Assembly (NCBI GenBank): GCA_965649825.1
Contig: OZ287697.1
Coordinates: 1,722,351 to 1,786,350, forward strand
DNA from: Penicillus capitatus
Lineage: Eukaryota > Plantae > Chlorophyta
Length of the DNA stretch: 64,000 nt
Reading direction: 5' to 3'
Shown piece by piece: positions 59,413 to 64,000 of the stretch. The notes beneath the pieces are model-generated. The model saw only the letters and a list, made by a program, of their open reading frames with translations. It was not told the origin of the DNA and did no database searches. Numbering within the stretch: the first letter of the stretch is position 1; each line of letters opens with the position of its first letter. The translations under genes were made by a program, and so were the position numbers.

Positions 59413-62400
59413 ATGCGAGCGAAGGCTGAATCAGTTTGTTCGGCCCTGTTGATCATGAGTACTACCTTCGGCCTCGTCGTCGGATGTGCGTTGACGGCCT
59501 CGACGTTGACGCACGCAAGGCATGCACCGACATCATCGCTTTCCGGTGACAGCATGGTTTACTGCTTCGTCACTCACCTGGCTGTTGGTTCTTAACTTCG
59601 CAGAACTGGACGACGAGCCTGTTGTGCCCGTTCCTAGTGCCAAGTCTGTATCGTTCAAACCAACCCTACAGCCTCAAGTACGTCTACCTTCTCTGCACAA
59701 GCAACGCGGAGAGGGTCCTATCTCGGCGCCCAGGGAAGAAGCGACGCGCGGACCCTTCGCCAAGTGAGCCAAGATGGCAAGGCGACAGCAGGTTCGTTCC
59801 ATTCGCTGTCACGTCGCGCCTCGTAGCTGACTGTGCTGTCGCGTTTTCGCTAGAGGTCGCCTGTCGTCTGTCGAAGGCGAGGCGTCGCCGTTATCTGAAT
59901 GCCAAGACGAGAGAGTGGTTGCTCAACTCGGCAGTCCTCGACGAGATACAAGACGACCTCCAGCTCATCGTCAACTGTTCTCGACCGGGAGACGTGCTGC
60001 TGCTCGACACCACGAAGACAATCCGGCCTCCTTTACGCACCGTCATCTCATGGCCGCTGACGATCAGCGGCTACGTCCCGGGAGGAGAGCACGACAGGGT
60101 CAACACTGCTGCCTCGGAGAAGCGAACCATCCTCGTCTGTCCGCAGATGAACGAAGGACTGTTCACATTTCGGTAAGCTCAGACTCTATCCGTCCTAATG
60201 ATGTTAGATGTGTTCGCTCGCAGGACCACTGATGTCACTCTGACGGACCTTGTCGTAGAAGGGTGCCTATTCGTCGTTTCTGGCACATCGGAGTCCGTCA
60301 TCGGCTTCGAAAAGTGTGACCCTAAAGCCACCAGGGGACTCACTGGGGGAACCATTCGGCTAGATCGCATCGGATTCAGAGAGAATCGTTTTCTTGGCAG
60401 ATCAGTTGCCATCCAAGCGAACGCGTCATCCTGCTCAAAACTGGAGATCGAAGATTTCTACTTCCAGAAGAACACCTGCAATGGAGTCTGCGGTCTTCTT
60501 CTCGCCAAAGCGAACAGGCTCCAGAACATCACCATCAGACAGAATCGACGAATATCATCGCTCAATGGAGTCAACGATCTGCTTCTGACCGAAGAGAACA
60601 GACTTCAGAAACTTTCCATGGAACATTTCCGATCGATACCATCCTTATCTTCCAGATCGGTGATCATTTGGGCACCTCCTCGGTCCTCGACATCTGCCGA
60701 AAACATCAGTGCTTCGGAGAATAGTTGTGCCACAATCGAGGTCGACGGAGGCTCCTTCGGTCTGTCAAACAGCATCTTCAGGAAAAACGCGGCAACCGAT
60801 GAGGAGGGAGACGACTCCATCAGTGCCTGTATCAAGATGAAAGACGCATCTGCTGTCATCCGTGACTGCAGTTTCGAGGAGAACGAAGCAAGTTACGGTG
60901 TGGCGATCAATGCTCGAAGATCGAACATCACTCTCGAAGATTGTGCATTCCGTGGCAATGTTGCTGGGATGGACGGGACCATCTATCTCCGGAATAGAAG
61001 TTCCTTGACGATCGACTCCTGTCGGTTTTCGCGGAACAGAGCCGAGAAGTCTGGTGGTGCAATCTATGCACAGAATGCCGAACTGAGCGTCACACACTTG
61101 ACCTGTGTGCAGAACAACGCTACACTGAAGGGAGGGTGTCTGCACGTGGCCGGGTTCGGCTCAGTGAAGATGACCGACTCTGTCCTGAAAGGAAACAGAG
61201 CTCGCTCAGGCGGCGCTCTACATCTCAGAAATACATCAGCAGCAATCGACAGCTCGAAGTTTTTATCGAACCGAGCTGAAAAACTGGGAGGAGGAATCCG
61301 TTCGATCGGCTCAAACATCACTGCAAATGGAATCATAGCTGACGGTAACCACGCTGAATATAGAGGTGGCAGTGTTTCGATCGCTTCAAGATCCAATCTC
61401 ACCGTGCACGACTCAGTCTTCAAGAACGGCGCCAGTTCTAGGGGAGGAGCAGTCGAACAGAGTGAGAACTCTGTGGGAAGGTTCGGCAATGTGACCTTCG
61501 TGGACAATTTGGTTGATGAGGAAGGAGGCGCCATCTTTGCGGATAACGCGACAGTGATTATTAATCACTCCAGATTTAGGGATGGAGCTGCTACTTCGCC
61601 TTATGGCTGGAATTATGGTGGTTTTCTATTAGCGAGGAATCACAGCTTAGTTTTCGTGGAACATGCAACGATGACAAATGGAACTGCGCGACATGGCGGG
61701 GCGATCTACTTAAAAAATTCCGTCTGCACGGCAAAGCAGCTAAACGTGTCAAAGTGCACTGCAATATTTGCTGGTGGAGCAGTAGTCGTTGGAAGTTCTG
61801 AATTCCTCTGCACAAACTGTCTTTTTGCTGCGAACACGGCCGAGTCTGGCGGAGGTGCCATTTCGATCGATACATACCGACCCCGCAGATCTTTTGTCCA
61901 ATTACAGGAGAGCAGAATGGTAAACAATAGTGCGAGATGGGGAGGTGAATCTACTAAATCATGCATTGATGGAGCATCTTTATTGGTTTGTTTCGTAGGG
62001 GGTCTTCATTTAGACGAGGTATACCATTATTCACGATTGTTGGATGATGGATACGAATGCACTGCTGCAGCAATCATTGACACTCAATTCGAGGGAAACA
62101 ATGCCACTCAGGCCGGAGGAGCAATCTTTGCAGACTGTTTGGAAGGCATCAGATTTCAGTGCAACTCGTCATCTGAAAATGCCAATCTGACATTCTTTGG
62201 AGAGAAGGACCTGAGTTCTTTGCGTCGTATTACACCTGACAAAACTTTCTGTCCTTCGTGGAAAAACAACTCTGCTGGCATCTACGGGCAGGTTGTTGGT
62301 ACGTTGGCCACATCGTCAAAAATGACTGTCGAGTACAAGGGAGAAAACACAGTTGTCCTACCTGGAGAAGGATTCGAAGTTCGAGACTATGTCGGTGGCA

Positions 62401-64000
62401 ACCAGCTGCCAAGGCTGTCAATGGAATTGCTGGATGAACTGAAACAGGGCCCGGCGACCATCGACTTACTGAATGAGAGAATCTTCGCCGAAGTTTCAAC
62501 ATCAGAAGGGTTTCAAGTTGGCAGTTCTTCTCTGTCTGTGGAAGGACAAACTGCCAACTTTCCTCTTCTGATCGGTTTTGGATTGCCGGGCATCTACAAC
62601 ATGACAATTAGATTCGCGAGGCACGAATGTGCTGGAGATCATAACAACAGCGCATTTGTCGATCCATTAACCATCACCGTCCATGTGCGAAACTGCACTG
62701 TTGGTGAAATGCCCGTCGGTGAGACGAAGATCTGCAGCAACTGCAGCACCTCTACGTACAACTTCGACCCTGAAGCAGAAGAATGTCAGCCCTGCCCTGA
62801 GAACGGGAACTGCAAGACAAGAGTGATCGTTCCGAATGATGGATACTGGCACGCGTCTCCCTGTTCCGTCAACATTACGAGGTGCCTGACCTCGTATGCA
62901 TGCAAATTCGACGATCGCGATGAGAGATTGACAAACCTGACAAGAGACATGAAGAACTGCAGAATCAACGCTACCACAGTTGAGGAGTATCAGCAAACTC
63001 AGTGTGCTGAGGCGAGTGATTGGTCAGCCTTTTGATCTTCTGAGTCTTTGTGTTCTGGGATTCAGGGCCACACGGGTCCTCTCTGTGGAGCATGCAACAC
63101 CTCGTATGGATCCTCCGTGTCTTCCAGATGCGAAGAATGCCCCACGGCATTCGGCAATGTCATGACGATTTGCTCTGCGACAGTGATCCTACTTATTCTG
63201 TCCGGTGTTACGATCAGAGGGACACTGAGTACCGCTAGCAGCAGACTGGCGATGCTTTCCGGCCATCGAAGAGTTCCCCGCAGTATTCAGCTCAGAGATC
63301 TTTCGCTTCCAGCCGAGCCAGAAACGTCTGAGATACAGGCGTCCCAGGAGGAGTCGCCTGCGATCCAAGACACGAACGAATGTCAAGAAAGCCTGACTGT
63401 CACCGAAGTGACCCTGGGACAGTGGAGAGCGGTCGAGATGTTTAAAGTATGAAGCTATGTGGCATTCGTGAGACTGACAGTCTTCGTTGCAGATAATGTT
63501 GAACTACGTTCAGATGACAGTGCTGATCGCATCACTGGATGTCGGATGGGCAGTTCCTATACTTGTCATGGCAGAGATATCAGGTCCGCATCTGCGAAAG
63601 CTGACAGAATGTTTCCACCCTTCATCGTTGTGTGCTGCACAGAGTTCTTTGGAGGATTCGCGGTGGACAGTACCCGACGTTCTGTTGTTTGTTTGGGCGG
63701 ACACGACCAGTCACTGCATCCAACCGCATGGGCCTTTGTCGTGAGTGTCTGTCTTGTTCCTGCATGTGTGGCGTTGGTGTTCATCGTGTTCTGGATCACA
63801 GTTGCACCATTTCATCAGATCCGTCGTCCGGTCCGCTACGTCATGCAGAGATCTCTGCTGTCTCTGATGGCTCTTTGGCATATTACTTCTGTTCCGGTGA
63901 TCAAGACGACTCTGAGCACAGTCCTTTGCGTCGACGCCTACAATGTTCTGCATGCGACGCCGGAGAAGGATGATGAGACGACCATAGATGGGACGAAAGG
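59413..64000 (+). CDS. Pmp-like beta-helix / Cys-rich / multi-TM protein (unit 3 copy), truncated by the window end
   Basis: Same exon structure as 38682..44005 at +20731 bp, with ORFs 59622..60176, 60198..63035 and 63048..63452. Confidence 0.87.

Noticed and set aside
1-64000. Alternative nuclear code (TAA/TAG = Gln) as in some ulvophytes
   Set aside because: Coding exons contain no internal TAA/TAG, and homology-supported ends use TAA (integrase) and TAG.

Overview
This is eukaryotic nuclear DNA in the standard genetic code, with very short (about 44-63 nt) spliceosomal introns. A green alga is inferred from the DCD-domain gene and the gene style; this is unconfirmed. The window has three parts. 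(1) An array of large secreted/membrane genes, each with a signal peptide, GGA(I/L/V)/FxxN Pmp-like beta-helix repeats, a Cys-rich CxxC region and a multi-pass TM domain. There are four complete copies, two cut by the window edges and one relic. Three copies sit head-to-head with F-box-like/LRR genes in a roughly 20-kb tandem unit. Two copies look identical except for a ~0.93-kb hypervariable block that surrounds an identical intron. (2) A very compact housekeeping island: EMC3, an RCC1-repeat gene, a DCD-domain gene and an F-box/LRR gene. (3) An LTR-retroelement nest at ~46.0-56.4 kb. Its host is a Ty3/Gypsy element with a signal-peptide ORF1 and two candidate -1 frameshift sites. The integrase 3' end of that host is split at one 5-bp site (CCTGT, present three times) by a non-autonomous LTR element and by a solo LTR, and the solo LTR carries a second non-autonomous element. 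The host, both non-autonomous elements and an upstream LTR stub share one primer-binding site. Exon boundaries were read by eye and are partly approximate, and no database searches were run.
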